Assembly: GCA_965223425.1 (NCBI GenBank)
Contig: OZ245003.1
Location: forward strand, 1,536,001 to 1,600,000
Length of the DNA stretch: 64,000 nt
From: Nitrosopumilus sp.
GTDB taxonomy: Archaea > Thermoproteota > Nitrososphaeria > Nitrososphaerales > Nitrosopumilaceae
Direction of reading: 5' to 3'
The first letter of the stretch is position 1. Every line of letters starts with the position of its first letter. The notes beneath the pieces were generated by a model that saw nothing but the letters and a program-made list of their open reading frames with translations, was not told the origin of the DNA and ran no database searches. Shown piece after piece: positions 52,612-62,803 of this stretch. The translations under genes and the position numbers were made by a program.

Positions 52612-53903
52612 GTGTCAACGAAGAGCGGAAATCTAGAATCGACTGGGACTTTTTGTTCAGTTTGTCACGTGCAATTTTTCTATTTTTTATGATTTTTGTT
52701 TCTCCGTTTTTGTTGCTTTGGTACTTGAATGAATTTCACGGGATTAGGAGTATTATGTTAGAATTTGGAGTTCTCGTGTATATGGCCATGTTAGTGGCCG
52801 GTACTATCGCAGATGCGATAGAAGACTGATTATGGGAAACTATACAAACCCCAAAGTAAAATTTGAAAATCCAGAGGTGTCAGCATCAAAATGAAAGGTA
52901 TTGATGTGGCGGGCTTGTTTATTCTAGCTTTTTTGATACTGACATTCAGTTATGGGTTGCACTCATACGATTTCATATCAGAACTTGGAGCCCTCTGCAA
53001 TGATGATGTAGCAGACAAGGTCAAATGCTTGGAATCTGTGTTTTATACTCAAGTTATCTATGTTTTATTACTCGTGCTAATGTTGGTAGTAATGATACTT
53101 GTGGTTCTAGTGCAGATTTATGGCCATATACAATCCAAAAGAAAAAACATAAAGGAAATAGTGCCGGAATAATGCCACACATTTTTCACGTTTGCAGAAA
53201 ACACTATAAGCAGATCGACTTTGATACTCTGGCCAAAGTCGTTTATCCAGTTGGTGATAATTCCTATTGCGACGTTGACGGCTGTATTGCTCAGAGCTGT
53301 GTCGATGTCGTGTACAAAGAGTCCACTATGTTCACTGCACTTCGGAATTCTACTATGCGTGGCGTGGAGGACTGTGAACAGAATGTGTAAAGAAAATAAA
53401 GTATTGGGAGTGAAAAGAGAAGTATTTTTTGAATTTTTGAAAAACTTTTCTTTAATTTTTGGAGGATTTGGTTTGCTAATAACCGGCTGCCATGTTCCTG
53501 CATATATGATGATTAGTGACAGGGAGCATTAGGACAGATGATTAAAAAACTATTCAGAATCCTACCACATTATTTGATATGGGTTAATTTTTCACTGTTC
53601 GCGGTTTTTGGGACACTTATGACAAGTCTAGGTGTATTAGGAGATAAAGCTTGGATGATAATTGTTGGCTTTGTTCTTGTGTTTTTTGCTGTACTTTCTT
53701 TCTTTATAACAAAACCTTATGCAAATGAAATGGGACAACCTTATTTTGCCTGCGATGATGATCTCAGTATGGTATGTATTTACTCATGTATTCCCAAAGA
53801 AGAACTGGGAATAGTTCGTGTGAGAGAGCCGCATCCATGCTACATGACAGGCTGTCATGTTCCTGCATATATGATGATTTTAAACAATGAGTATCAGGAC
53901 TGA
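52608..53903 (+). CDS. Cluster of small membrane/Cys-rich proteins (52608-52829, 52891-53172, 53172-53390, 53383-53532, 53538-53903)
   Basis: AT-rich short ORFs, most with 1-2 TM helices. Confidence 0.55.
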
Positions 53904-54264
53904 TACTGTAACAGGTACTATAACGCCTACCAAGAAAAAAATGTTTGACAGAATAAACACAAGTGAGAAAAACATGTCTCCACGGGACAAGAACGGTACG
54001 CACGGCCACAACTGCGCGCTTGAGCAACTGAGAGAGAAAAGGATCGAGCAGTCACTTGCCAACATTTTTCTCCTCCGACAAAAGGCAATGAGTCTGGCAT
54101 CTGATCTGGCAGAGGCGGAAAACAAAACCGTTCCGGATGGGGAGTCATCAATTTCATTTCTGCATGACATGTCAGTCGGGCAGGCAAATTATGCGAGGCT
54201 GTCGCTGAAGAGGACTGTAGGGGAGCTGCTGCGGGAAAGAGCCAGGCATAGTGGATACCAGTAA
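53887..54264 (+). CDS. Hypothetical element protein
   Basis: 125-aa ORF in the operon. Confidence 0.5.
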   Translation: MSIRTDTVTGTITPTKKKMFDRINTSEKNMSPRDKNGTHGHNCALEQLREKRIEQSLANIFLLRQKAMSLASDLAEAENKTVPDGESSISFLHDMSVGQANYARLSLKRTVGELLRERARHSGYQ

Positions 54265-54480
54265 CATGGCAGGACGAAAATATACAAAGGCGGAGGCACG
54301 GATGCGCAGAAAAGAAATCGACGTAACTGTGCAGAGGTACATCATACTGTCCGCACCTGACAGGAATACTGCCGAATGCCTGCTGGAGTGGTGGAGAAAT
54401 TGAGCGCGCTTTCATCTGTGTGTGATGAGCTGGAAATATACGACATGGAAGAAGAGCATGACGGAAAAAAACAATGAGCC

Positions 54481-55170
54481 ATGCCAAATCAACTATTTTG
54501 CCAAGTAAAAATAATCTGTGCAGGAGAAGGTGGTATCATGACTACAGATGATGAATCAATTTATGATCATGCACAACTGTTGGGTCATTTTAACAAAAGA
54601 GCCATGAAAGAAATATCTAAATCAAAGCCATATTATAAATATGCCATAACAGGATTAGGTCTAAAATACAGAGCACATCCATTAGGAATTGCATTCGCAC
54701 TTGGGCATATTCCAAAACTTAAGAAATGGATCAAAAACAAACAATATAACGCAAACCGAATTAGAAAAATTTTATCCCAAACATCGGACATATCCCCACT
54801 TTACCCAGAATTTAATGACAGAACAAGCTCGTATTACACTTTTCCTATGATAATAGATAAGGAAATTACTGGTTTTAGCCGCGAACAGCTGGTGGATGCT
54901 ATGCATGCAGAGGGTTTTTCTGATATCGACATACCTCGTTCTACATCTCCTTTACATAACTTCGCGGCATTTAAAGAGCCATTGTCTCCAGTAACTAAAT
55001 ACCATAACTCTTGTGTAAGTGGGAGATATCCAGTCGCTGAAAAGATTTCATCACAAATTGTCAAAATGTCCGTTCCATTTGAGGCATCAGAAGACCCAAG
55101 GGGAGTCAGATTCATTGAATGTTTTGAGAAGGCATTGTTTAAAATACTGTCAAAACTGCAATCCAGATAA
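54481..55170 (+). pseudogene. DegT/DnrJ/EryC1/StrS aminotransferase, C-terminal half only
   Basis: Begins at the PLP-lysine region (KIICAGEGGIMTTDD), LGLKYR, YPVAEKIS; N-terminal half absent. Confidence 0.75.
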
Positions 55171-55182
55171 GGTGTATACAAC

Positions 55183-55665
55183 ATGCAAAAAATAAAAGAT
55201 GGTATGCAAAACGAACTAGTCAGTCTGGCCAAGAGGGACAAAATATCAAAGTTTGCAACGGGTGGAATAATCGGAAGAATGCAAAATAAAAGACTGGAAA
55301 TTCTCGTCATTACACGTTCCCCACTTGACTTTATGCCAAGCATTGAAGAGCTGCCCGGAGGTAAGGTCGAAGACGGTGAGACTCTGACTGATTCATTAAG
55401 GAGGGAGATTAAAGAGGAAACAAATCTGACTGTGGTTGAAATCACAGGACATCTTTTCAGTTTTGACTATTCTTCACCACATGGTGCCACAAGGCAGTTT
55501 AACTTCATAACCATGACAAGGGATTGGGAATATGTGCATCTGTCCGACGAACACGTATCCCATCGATGGATAGACGGCTCGCAGGTTTCTACAAGCAAGC
55601 TAACTGACAATATCAAGAGCGTGATAATGGCAAAGTGGAACGAGATTCAAAGGTTTTACGAATAA
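55183..55665 (+). CDS. Nudix hydrolase
   Basis: Nudix box LPGGKVEDGETLTDSLRREIKEETNL; LSDEH. Confidence 0.92.
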   Translation: MQKIKDGMQNELVSLAKRDKISKFATGGIIGRMQNKRLEILVITRSPLDFMPSIEELPGGKVEDGETLTDSLRREIKEETNLTVVEITGHLFSFDYSSPHGATRQFNFITMTRDWEYVHLSDEHVSHRWIDGSQVSTSKLTDNIKSVIMAKWNEIQRFYE

Positions 55666-55727
55666 ATCAGACACCTATAACTGAGATTTCCAAAGTCACA
55701 AAATCAAACCAAAAATTAGAATAAAGA

Positions 55728-56054
55728 TTGTTCAAAAGGAAAAAAACGGCAATGAGGAGATTCAATGAGGAGACCGCACGTTGTGATGAAGCCATCTACT
55801 CTTACATGGCAATCAAAATCAGGGTGAAGTGGCTCATAGAAAAATATCCCAATGTCATAAATTACACCAGTATTATGTTCGATCCGAGTATAGACCTAAA
55901 TGACGACATGGAAATTCCGGATGATTTTCAAGAGTACTGCGAGGAAGTAGGACTGAAAATCAAGGCCGTTTCCAAAAAAATGTCACACCGCCTCAAATCT
56001 GAATTCTACTATCGAATCAATTTCCACGTAATCGAGAATGATGCCGCAAAATGA
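55728..56054 (+). CDS. Hypothetical element protein
   Basis: 108-aa ORF. Confidence 0.55.
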   Translation: MFKRKKTAMRRFNEETARCDEAIYSYMAIKIRVKWLIEKYPNVINYTSIMFDPSIDLNDDMEIPDDFQEYCEEVGLKIKAVSKKMSHRLKSEFYYRINFHVIENDAAK

Positions 56055-56811
56055 ATGCCAAATTTGTCCCACAAATAATTTGAAAGAGAGGAACCGCATC
56101 CAACTCCAAATCAACCCGCAATACCTGGAGCTGGTTCCACGGGCAGAACCCAAACAGCTGAGAGGCCTGAAAAATTCCATGCAGAAGGACGGACAGCAGG
56201 TCAAAATAATCACAAACCCCGAAGGCGTGATCCTTGATGGCCACACAAGGTTTATGATCTGCAAGGAGCTGCACATGGAACCAAAATATGTAGTCAGGAA
56301 ATTCGACTCACCTGAAAAAGAAAAAGAGTTTGTAGTCTCTGTGAATCTCAACCGGAGACATATGTCGCTGTTTGAGCGGGGGGAGTGTATGCTGGAGTGG
56401 TGGAAGGAGGAGAAGAGAAGAAGCAGAATCGAGGGTGGATTTTTAGCAAAAGCGACAAGAAATACAGGAATAACCCACGGTGGAACAGTAAACGGAAAAA
56501 AGGACAGGCTGTTAAACAGGTTTTCGAAAATCATTGGAACAAGTCCGACCAGCACCTATGAACTGATATGGCTGATGCTTCACGCCCCTGAAAGCGAAAA
56601 GGAAAAACTGAGAAACGGGGAGATCGCCATTGATACGGCATTTTTGAAATTGGCAAAGCCGAAAAGAAAGTCCAGAAAAGACTACAAGAGGGATGGCAGG
56701 GTCTATCTGGCATACCCAAAATGTCTGAACTGTGCCAGACCGACAGTTGTGGCAAAGGACTGTCATGTGCACGGCACGTTGTGCTGCCTAAAATGCGGAT
56801 GGGGAATCTAA
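56038..56811 (+). CDS. ParB/Srx-like N-terminal domain protein with C-terminal Cys/His cluster
   Basis: LKNSMQKDG...ILDGHTR...NLNRRHMS; tail CLNC...CHVHGTLCCLKCGWGI. Confidence 0.82.
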   Translation: MMPQNECQICPTNNLKERNRIQLQINPQYLELVPRAEPKQLRGLKNSMQKDGQQVKIITNPEGVILDGHTRFMICKELHMEPKYVVRKFDSPEKEKEFVVSVNLNRRHMSLFERGECMLEWWKEEKRRSRIEGGFLAKATRNTGITHGGTVNGKKDRLLNRFSKIIGTSPTSTYELIWLMLHAPESEKEKLRNGEIAIDTAFLKLAKPKRKSRKDYKRDGRVYLAYPKCLNCARPTVVAKDCHVHGTLCCLKCGWGI

Positions 56812-57549
56812 GTGCAAAAAACGAAGATAAAACCGAGAATCAATGCGGCATATTACGACTTTATCCCAAGACCAAACGCAAAAGACCGAAGAAGACTGAA
56901 GGAATCAATCAGAAGGAACGGGGTCGAGATTCCATTAATCCTGAACAGGGACGGATTCATCATGGATGGCCATACCAGATATGAAATCTGTCAGGAACTG
57001 GGAATAACTGACATTCCGACTGAGATCAAGGAATTTTCTGATGAAGAGTCAGAAAGAAAGTTTGTGATAATGACAAATCTGTCAAGAAGGCATCTGAACA
57101 GGTTTCAAAAAATCGAGCTGTCACTGCCACTGCTTGAACTGGAAGAGAAAAGGGCAAAAGAGAGGATGAATTGGAGAAAATTACATCCCGAACTGGCAAA
57201 GATCAGCGGGAATGGACATGCAACCAAAATGAAGGGTAGGATCAAAGAGGGGGGTGCAGCTGAGATTTTTGGCAAAAAAATAGGAATAGGAAAGACGACT
57301 GTAGCTTACTTCAATTACCTGAAGAAAAACGCGCCAACAGAACTGCTCCTCAAGTGCAGAAACGGCGAGATTGCCATCCAGAATGCCTATTATCTTCATG
57401 TGGGACAAAGACTGATGTCCTCAGGGGTGCGGCCCGAAAAGACAGTCGACTTTTGTCCCAAATGCAACTCAAAGACTGCAAGGCCAAAGCGGACAAAATG
57501 CCACGTGCACAAGTGGTTCTGCTGCGAGCACTGCAAGTGGGGGATATGA
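56812..57549 (+). CDS. ParB/Srx-like paralogue with C-terminal Cys/His cluster
   Basis: LKESIRRNG...IMDGHTR...NLSRRHLN; tail CPKC...CHVHKWFCCEHCKWGI. Confidence 0.82.
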   Translation: MQKTKIKPRINAAYYDFIPRPNAKDRRRLKESIRRNGVEIPLILNRDGFIMDGHTRYEICQELGITDIPTEIKEFSDEESERKFVIMTNLSRRHLNRFQKIELSLPLLELEEKRAKERMNWRKLHPELAKISGNGHATKMKGRIKEGGAAEIFGKKIGIGKTTVAYFNYLKKNAPTELLLKCRNGEIAIQNAYYLHVGQRLMSSGVRPEKTVDFCPKCNSKTARPKRTKCHVHKWFCCEHCKWGI

Positions 57550-57712
57550 CATGAGAATCAAATGCAGAAAGTGCAGTCTTTGATAAACGGCAAGAAAGGG
57601 ATGCAGAAACTAGAAATTGATTGTAAGTGCAAAAAACATCAAATGACAAAAAGAAACCCACCAAAAACGGGCACATGGTCTCAGTGGGAATTAATATTGA
57701 GAAAAAAATAAC

Positions 57713-58519
57713 ATGAAACCGCATGACTACCAGATTGACGCAAAGAACGCAGTTGCTATAATCATATCTGCCGCAGTCATAATAATTCTATTAAATTCAT
57801 TCGCAGAAGAATTCCTGGTTGATTTTGGTGTAGAGAAAAAATATCATGCTGGTTCGGATAAAATATCCGAGATCATTCTAATGAACACGGGTTTGATTCA
57901 GGCAGAGGATGTCATGGCGTACATACAATTCGATTCGGAAATCCCAACACCGGACATGGAATGCCCAGAAGGAAGCCTGTCTCACAACAAGGTGGAAATA
58001 TCAATTGATTTTGAAAGAATGTCTATCAATGTCTTCTGTAAGATAAATTTTCCTGAATCGGACAACTATGACACAACTATAATCGTAATCACGTCAAACA
58101 ATCATTCAGCCGTATATCCAGAACAAAAGCCACCCTATTATTTTGGGATGCCCGCATATGTCATGTTGGGGCTTGTACTGGTAGGAGAACTGTTTGTGAT
58201 ATTTTACTTTTCAAAATCTGTATATGATAAGTTTTTGCAGTTGTTTTCTCGGCATCACAAAAAAATCAAATGCTGGAAAAAGACCAGAGAAAAAATAAAA
58301 CAAGCCCACAATATCAAAGTGAACCCTTATGACGTGTCGATTCTTTGCAGTATCACACATGGGAATTATACCGCATCCCAGATATGTGCGGACACAAAAA
58401 TCATAAAAAGATACGTCAAGAGAAGAATTGAATTTTTGCAAAAAAATGACATCCTACTTCCGGATAAAATACAGATGTATGACTCCGTCAAAACATCAAT
58501 CAGGCATCTCTGCGACTGA
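57713..58519 (+). CDS. Two-TM protein with extracytoplasmic loop and C-terminal winged-HTH-like domain
   Basis: TM at about aa 12-30 and 147-165; tail YTASQICADTKIIKRYVKRRIEFLQKNDIL is HTH-like. Confidence 0.55.
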   Translation: MKPHDYQIDAKNAVAIIISAAVIIILLNSFAEEFLVDFGVEKKYHAGSDKISEIILMNTGLIQAEDVMAYIQFDSEIPTPDMECPEGSLSHNKVEISIDFERMSINVFCKINFPESDNYDTTIIVITSNNHSAVYPEQKPPYYFGMPAYVMLGLVLVGELFVIFYFSKSVYDKFLQLFSRHHKKIKCWKKTREKIKQAHNIKVNPYDVSILCSITHGNYTASQICADTKIIKRYVKRRIEFLQKNDILLPDKIQMYDSVKTSIRHLCD

Positions 58520-58565
58520 TTCCAGTGTGTAAAAAGTCTCATCCAAATTATTCAAAAAACAGACA

Positions 58566-58796
58566 ATGAAGATAAAACTATCCCAAATCAGTACGGGGGG
58601 GAGGATCAGAAAAGACATGGGTGACATTGAGGAGCTTGCAGAGAGTATCAAAAACGAGGGATTGTTGTCGCCGATACTGTTGATGAAGACTGGCAAGAAC
58701 AGATACAGACTTCTTGCCGGCAAGCGAAGACTGAAAGCGCACAAACTGCTGCGGCTGACAACAATTGAGGCAATAATCAAAGAGAGACCAGCATGA
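58566..58796 (+). CDS. Stand-alone ParB N-terminal domain
   Basis: IEELAESIKNEGLLSPI...LLAGKRRLKA. Confidence 0.85.
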   Translation: MKIKLSQISTGGRIRKDMGDIEELAESIKNEGLLSPILLMKTGKNRYRLLAGKRRLKAHKLLRLTTIEAIIKERPA

Positions 58797-59926
58797 AGAA
58801 ACTGTCCAGAACAGAACTCCTGAAGAACGTACCATATCCTCTCAGGATCGAGATAATCGAAAACGAGTTTCGAATCGATCTCTCCGAAAGCGACAAGGCG
58901 GATCTTGCAGAAAGGATAAGGCCGTATCTCAAAGACCAGACAAAGCCTGGAAGGCGTACGGACTTGGAGAAATCAACCTCGGGCAAACATTTGCCCGAGG
59001 TTGCGCCAGAAAGGGTCAATGAAAAAATCGGCAAAATCCTCAAAGAAAGTAAGGAAACGGTCAGAAAAAGGGACAAGGTTTTTGAAAGTGTCGACGAGGA
59101 CATGAAAAACGACCTGAATTCCGGTGCAAAGTCACTGCATTCGGCATACCAGCAGACTGTGGCGCGACAGAATGCAACAAAGAAAATCCCGCCACTGCCA
59201 TCTGGAAAATTCAACCATATAGTAGAGGATCCGGGATGGGATTTTGCCAACAAAAACATCGGGGGCTCCGGGGAGTCAGGCGCGTCATACAAATACCGGA
59301 CACAGCCTACAGCCAAGATTGCAAGGATCCCAATATTAGACATAGCAGCTGATGACGCAATACTGTACATGTGGACGACAAACCAGCACCTGATAACCGG
59401 CTCCATGCTGGCAAGCGAGTATCATGCAATCCTGGAGGACAACAGACTGAAGCAAACCAAAACCAAAAGCGAGTCAAAAATAAATAAACTCAAGGTCGAG
59501 ATTAGGGAAAAGAAGCGGCTGCTTAAGGACACGCTGGGAAAGCAAAAGGTGCAAAGCGATGCGCTGTCCGTAATGCACTGCCACGGGTTTGCCCCCAAAT
59601 ACATCATAACGTGGGAAAAGGAGGGAAAGGAGGGATGGGGCGGCTACGGCTTCAACAATGTGACCGAGCACCTGTTGATCGGAGTCAGGGGAAAGGTGGC
59701 GGCATTTGGCCTGAGCGAAAAGACCATAGTAAAAACAAAATACCGTCGCAATTCACACTCTGAAAAGCCAGATGCAATGTGGCATTTAATAGAAAAGTGC
59801 GCCAAAACGCAGAGATGGAAGGGCAGAAAACTGGAACTCAACTGCAGAACGCCAAGAAGGGGATGGCATCCGCACGGTGATCAAATCGCCGCAAATGACA
59901 TTGCTGAATGGAAAAAACTGAGATAG
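58793..59926 (+). CDS. ParB C-terminal half fused to MT-A70-family adenine methyltransferase
   Basis: IENEFRIDL, PGRRTDL; DPGW, LYMWTTN, ITWEK, TEHLLIGVRG, HSEKP, KLELNCR. Confidence 0.85.
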   Translation: MKKLSRTELLKNVPYPLRIEIIENEFRIDLSESDKADLAERIRPYLKDQTKPGRRTDLEKSTSGKHLPEVAPERVNEKIGKILKESKETVRKRDKVFESVDEDMKNDLNSGAKSLHSAYQQTVARQNATKKIPPLPSGKFNHIVEDPGWDFANKNIGGSGESGASYKYRTQPTAKIARIPILDIAADDAILYMWTTNQHLITGSMLASEYHAILEDNRLKQTKTKSESKINKLKVEIREKKRLLKDTLGKQKVQSDALSVMHCHGFAPKYIITWEKEGKEGWGGYGFNNVTEHLLIGVRGKVAAFGLSEKTIVKTKYRRNSHSEKPDAMWHLIEKCAKTQRWKGRKLELNCRTPRRGWHPHGDQIAANDIAEWKKLR

Positions 59927-59951
59927 CAGGGAATTACGTAACTCCACAGAC

Positions 59952-60668
59952 ATGTCGAAAAAATATTCCATAACCGACTCTGAGATTGATTCTGAGACAC
60001 AGTCAATACTTGATACCGTGCTGCCCTTTGTCAGCAGAGAAAGGATTCGCGGCAAAACGCGTGATGAGACGCACAGGCATCTCACAGACATTACAAATAT
60101 GATAATTGAAAAGGTCTACAAGTGCGAGCAGTCCAAGAAAAAGTCATGAAAAAAGACATTACGCAACTGATCAATATCGTCAAAAGAAAGCGCACAAAGT
60201 CTGCGATAATCTCCGGACTTGGGACGTGGAGCCTTGATAATCTCGGCGATGCCATATTTGTAAAAAAGATTGGTCACAAGACGACATTCTGCCTTGACTT
60301 TGAATCGACTGATTCGGATGCGGAACTTGTGGAAATACGCATGACCACCAGTGATGACGGCAGTCGCGTAAATAAGAGCGAGTACACCCCCAACTGTGGG
60401 AGATCCGCATGACTGTAAACAATGACTGCAACTGCGCAAATGATATTGTATATATTCTGAAATGACGAATGGAAGGATTGCCGTTCCTGGAATATTTCAC
60501 ACCCTGCTTGCTGTTGCGCTGGGACCTGTTGCCGGTGCAGTACTGCTCCATCGCTACAAGACTACGGCCGACTTTGAGACCGGGCGGTATCTGTGGAGGC
60601 TGTCAATAATCTCATCTGTTTTGATGTCATGGGTCGTCATAACAGTTGGAACGGTAATGTGCACATGA
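59952..60668 (+). CDS. Three small hypothetical ORFs (59952-60149, ~60146-60412, 60462-60668)
   Basis: Co-oriented short ORFs; the last has two TM helices. Confidence 0.5.
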
Positions 60669-60694
60669 CTTTGATACGTGACAGAAAAGAAGAG

Positions 60695-61138
60695 TCATTT
60701 GCATTTCCTATCCAAAACGTAATTCAAAAACTCACTTTTGAACTTGTGATGATTGCCAGAGTCGCTTATCCATTTTTTATGAACCTTCATCTCGGCGTGG
60801 ATTACAGGCTCCCATGTTATCCTGTTGTCTGCATTGTTTACCGTCCGGTCATACACAGTTTCACACACGTTCCACACCATGTACGCATATGCCTCATATC
60901 TTATCAACTGGTTTCCAGCAAAGGAACTCTTGTAATCAGATGTCTTTTCCTTGTCCCTGAATTCGGGATTGTCAATTCCAATCTTGAGAATCTCCATGTA
61001 CATTCTGTCAAGGTCGGAATACGAGCTGCTTTCAACGGTCTTTTTGAAGGTATAAACGGAAAACCCGAGGGCCGCAATTCCAGTAAAAATGGCAAGAATG
61101 AATCCCATCAAATTCCAAAATGCGCCGGAATCCATCAC
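60695..61138 (-). CDS. N-terminally anchored hypothetical protein (DUF4760-like)
   Basis: TM helix, then YSDLDRMY...NPEF...WNVCETVYD. Confidence 0.6.
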   Translation of the reverse strand: MMDSGAFWNLMGFILAIFTGIAALGFSVYTFKKTVESSSYSDLDRMYMEILKIGIDNPEFRDKEKTSDYKSSFAGNQLIRYEAYAYMVWNVCETVYDRTVNNADNRITWEPVIHAEMKVHKKWISDSGNHHKFKSEFLNYVLDRKCK

Positions 61139-61767
61139 AGATCACCATCCACAACTTTGCTTCTCTCACTTGTGACAGTCTCAGAGTCGAGTCCGGAGAT
61201 GCCGTATACTCCGTCATGAATCTCAGATATCATCTCATCGACTGTTTGTTTCCGGTCGTTCCATGCAGACACGTCAGGATGTGTGATCCCCATGAGATTC
61301 ATCACCTCGCTCCCGCCGCTTCCGTATCCCGGCATGACATATTTGTCTGTGATCAGAAACGCGCCGTGTCTCTTCCAGAACCTAATTCTGTCAGTCTTTT
61401 TTCGGATGTCCGGCTCCATTTCCTGCTGGATCTCCATGAGCATGACTGGGATCTCCGCAGAGAGGACATTTGACTTTAGGTACCATACCATCTCCCCTCC
61501 TATCCCTTTTCCGCGCATGTTCTTGCGGACTGCCATATAGTCAATCAGCACAAAGTGTTTTGAGAAATACAGCAGCATTACACCCACTATTGACTTGTCC
61601 ATCAATGCCACGAACATTTTGTACCTGTCATCGCCTGCAAGAAGCGACACAGTGGCATCCACGGGCCGAACCTCATTTGCCGGAAACGCCTGGATATAAA
61701 TGTCGACTGCCTGTGCAAACGCATCAGAATCATAGTCATCTAGCATGCTGATTTGTATCTCATCCAT
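61135..61767 (-). CDS. GNAT family N-acetyltransferase
   Basis: AFPANE, IDYMAVRKNMRGKGIG, RIRFWKRHG. Confidence 0.88.
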   Translation of the reverse strand: MDEIQISMLDDYDSDAFAQAVDIYIQAFPANEVRPVDATVSLLAGDDRYKMFVALMDKSIVGVMLLYFSKHFVLIDYMAVRKNMRGKGIGGEMVWYLKSNVLSAEIPVMLMEIQQEMEPDIRKKTDRIRFWKRHGAFLITDKYVMPGYGSGGSEVMNLMGITHPDVSAWNDRKQTVDEMISEIHDGVYGISGLDSETVTSERSKVVDGDL

Positions 61768-61912
61768 ACGAACACAACAGTTGGTTTACATCGGGCAATT
61801 AAATCAGTATCGAAGCATGTGCGCATGATTGGACAGGACAGAATTTGAAAATATCCAGCTTGATGAAGAACGTCTGCTATGACGTTAAAACCGGCCATAA
61901 ACTGAGGGAATA

Positions 61913-62221
61913 ATGTACCCAGACCAGATAGAGACTGTTAAAAAATTCATGCCGAAATTCGGATGCATACAGAACCACATAATCAGGTTTGTACGGGCGC
62001 ACAGGCTGCTGGATGGCGTGGAGGACAAAAAATGCTCGATGATGGTACATGAGATGAGAATTGGGGGGTGTGCATATGTGTATAATGGTGCATCCCTTGG
62101 AGTCAAATCCGTCTTCTGCTCGGACTTGGAGTGCTTTTTGGGCGGTCTTGACAGAACTTCTGTCGTAAAATTCATCGGTGATAAAAAAATGACTGGCAAA
62201 AAGCAGTCATCAGCGACTTGA
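61913..62221 (+). CDS. Hypothetical protein
   Basis: 102-aa ORF. Confidence 0.45.
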   Translation: MYPDQIETVKKFMPKFGCIQNHIIRFVRAHRLLDGVEDKKCSMMVHEMRIGGCAYVYNGASLGVKSVFCSDLECFLGGLDRTSVVKFIGDKKMTGKKQSSAT

Positions 62222-62396
62222 TAATAATTGCAAAAAAGTGCTATCTGTGCGGTATTGAGATGCCGGAGGTGCGCGACCACTTGAGGGCAAATCAGGGGAA
62301 ATACGTCATAACAGGCGTTGCAAGAAGGTGCAGGTACGGACACTTGGTGCCAAACGATTTTGAGGATGAGCACTAGATTTAGACAGGAGATTAAAA

Positions 62397-62654
62397 ATGA
62401 TTAGAATAGTCCACAACAAAAATGAGAAATACGATATTTTAATCGACAGGACGGGCAAGTGGGGAAATCCATTTGTCATCCCAAGAGACGGCACACGCAG
62501 GGAGGTTATTGCAAAGTATCGCGCGTGGATCATGACACAGCCACAGCTGATCGCAGATCTGCCCAGACTAAAAAACAAGGTTTTGGGATGCTGGTGCAGT
62601 CCCAAGCCATGTCACGGGGATGTACTGAAAGAATTGGCAGAGGCCGAGCAATGA
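62397..62654 (+). CDS. DUF4326 domain protein
   Basis: IDRTGKWGNPF...LGCWCSPKPCHGDVL. Confidence 0.9.
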   Translation: MIRIVHNKNEKYDILIDRTGKWGNPFVIPRDGTRREVIAKYRAWIMTQPQLIADLPRLKNKVLGCWCSPKPCHGDVLKELAEAEQ

Positions 62655-62694
62655 AACTTTTTAAAGATTCAAGACCGCACAGATACTATAAACC

Positions 62695-62774
62695 CGTCAT
62701 GGATGGGATTTGAAACCGTGGTACACGATCAGTGGTTTTCAGTCACCCGCCATACCTAACTTGGCGACCCTGAC
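62695..62774 (-). tRNA. Degenerate second copy of the GAA-anticodon tRNA-like gene
   Basis: Reverse complement GTCAGGGTCGCCAAGTTAGGTATGGCG-GGTGA-CTGAAAA-CCACT...TTCAAATCCCATCCATGACG; mismatches in the T and acceptor stems. Confidence 0.6.
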
Positions 62775-62803
62775 GAGTTTGATTGTTTTTTAAGAATTAA
62801 AAC

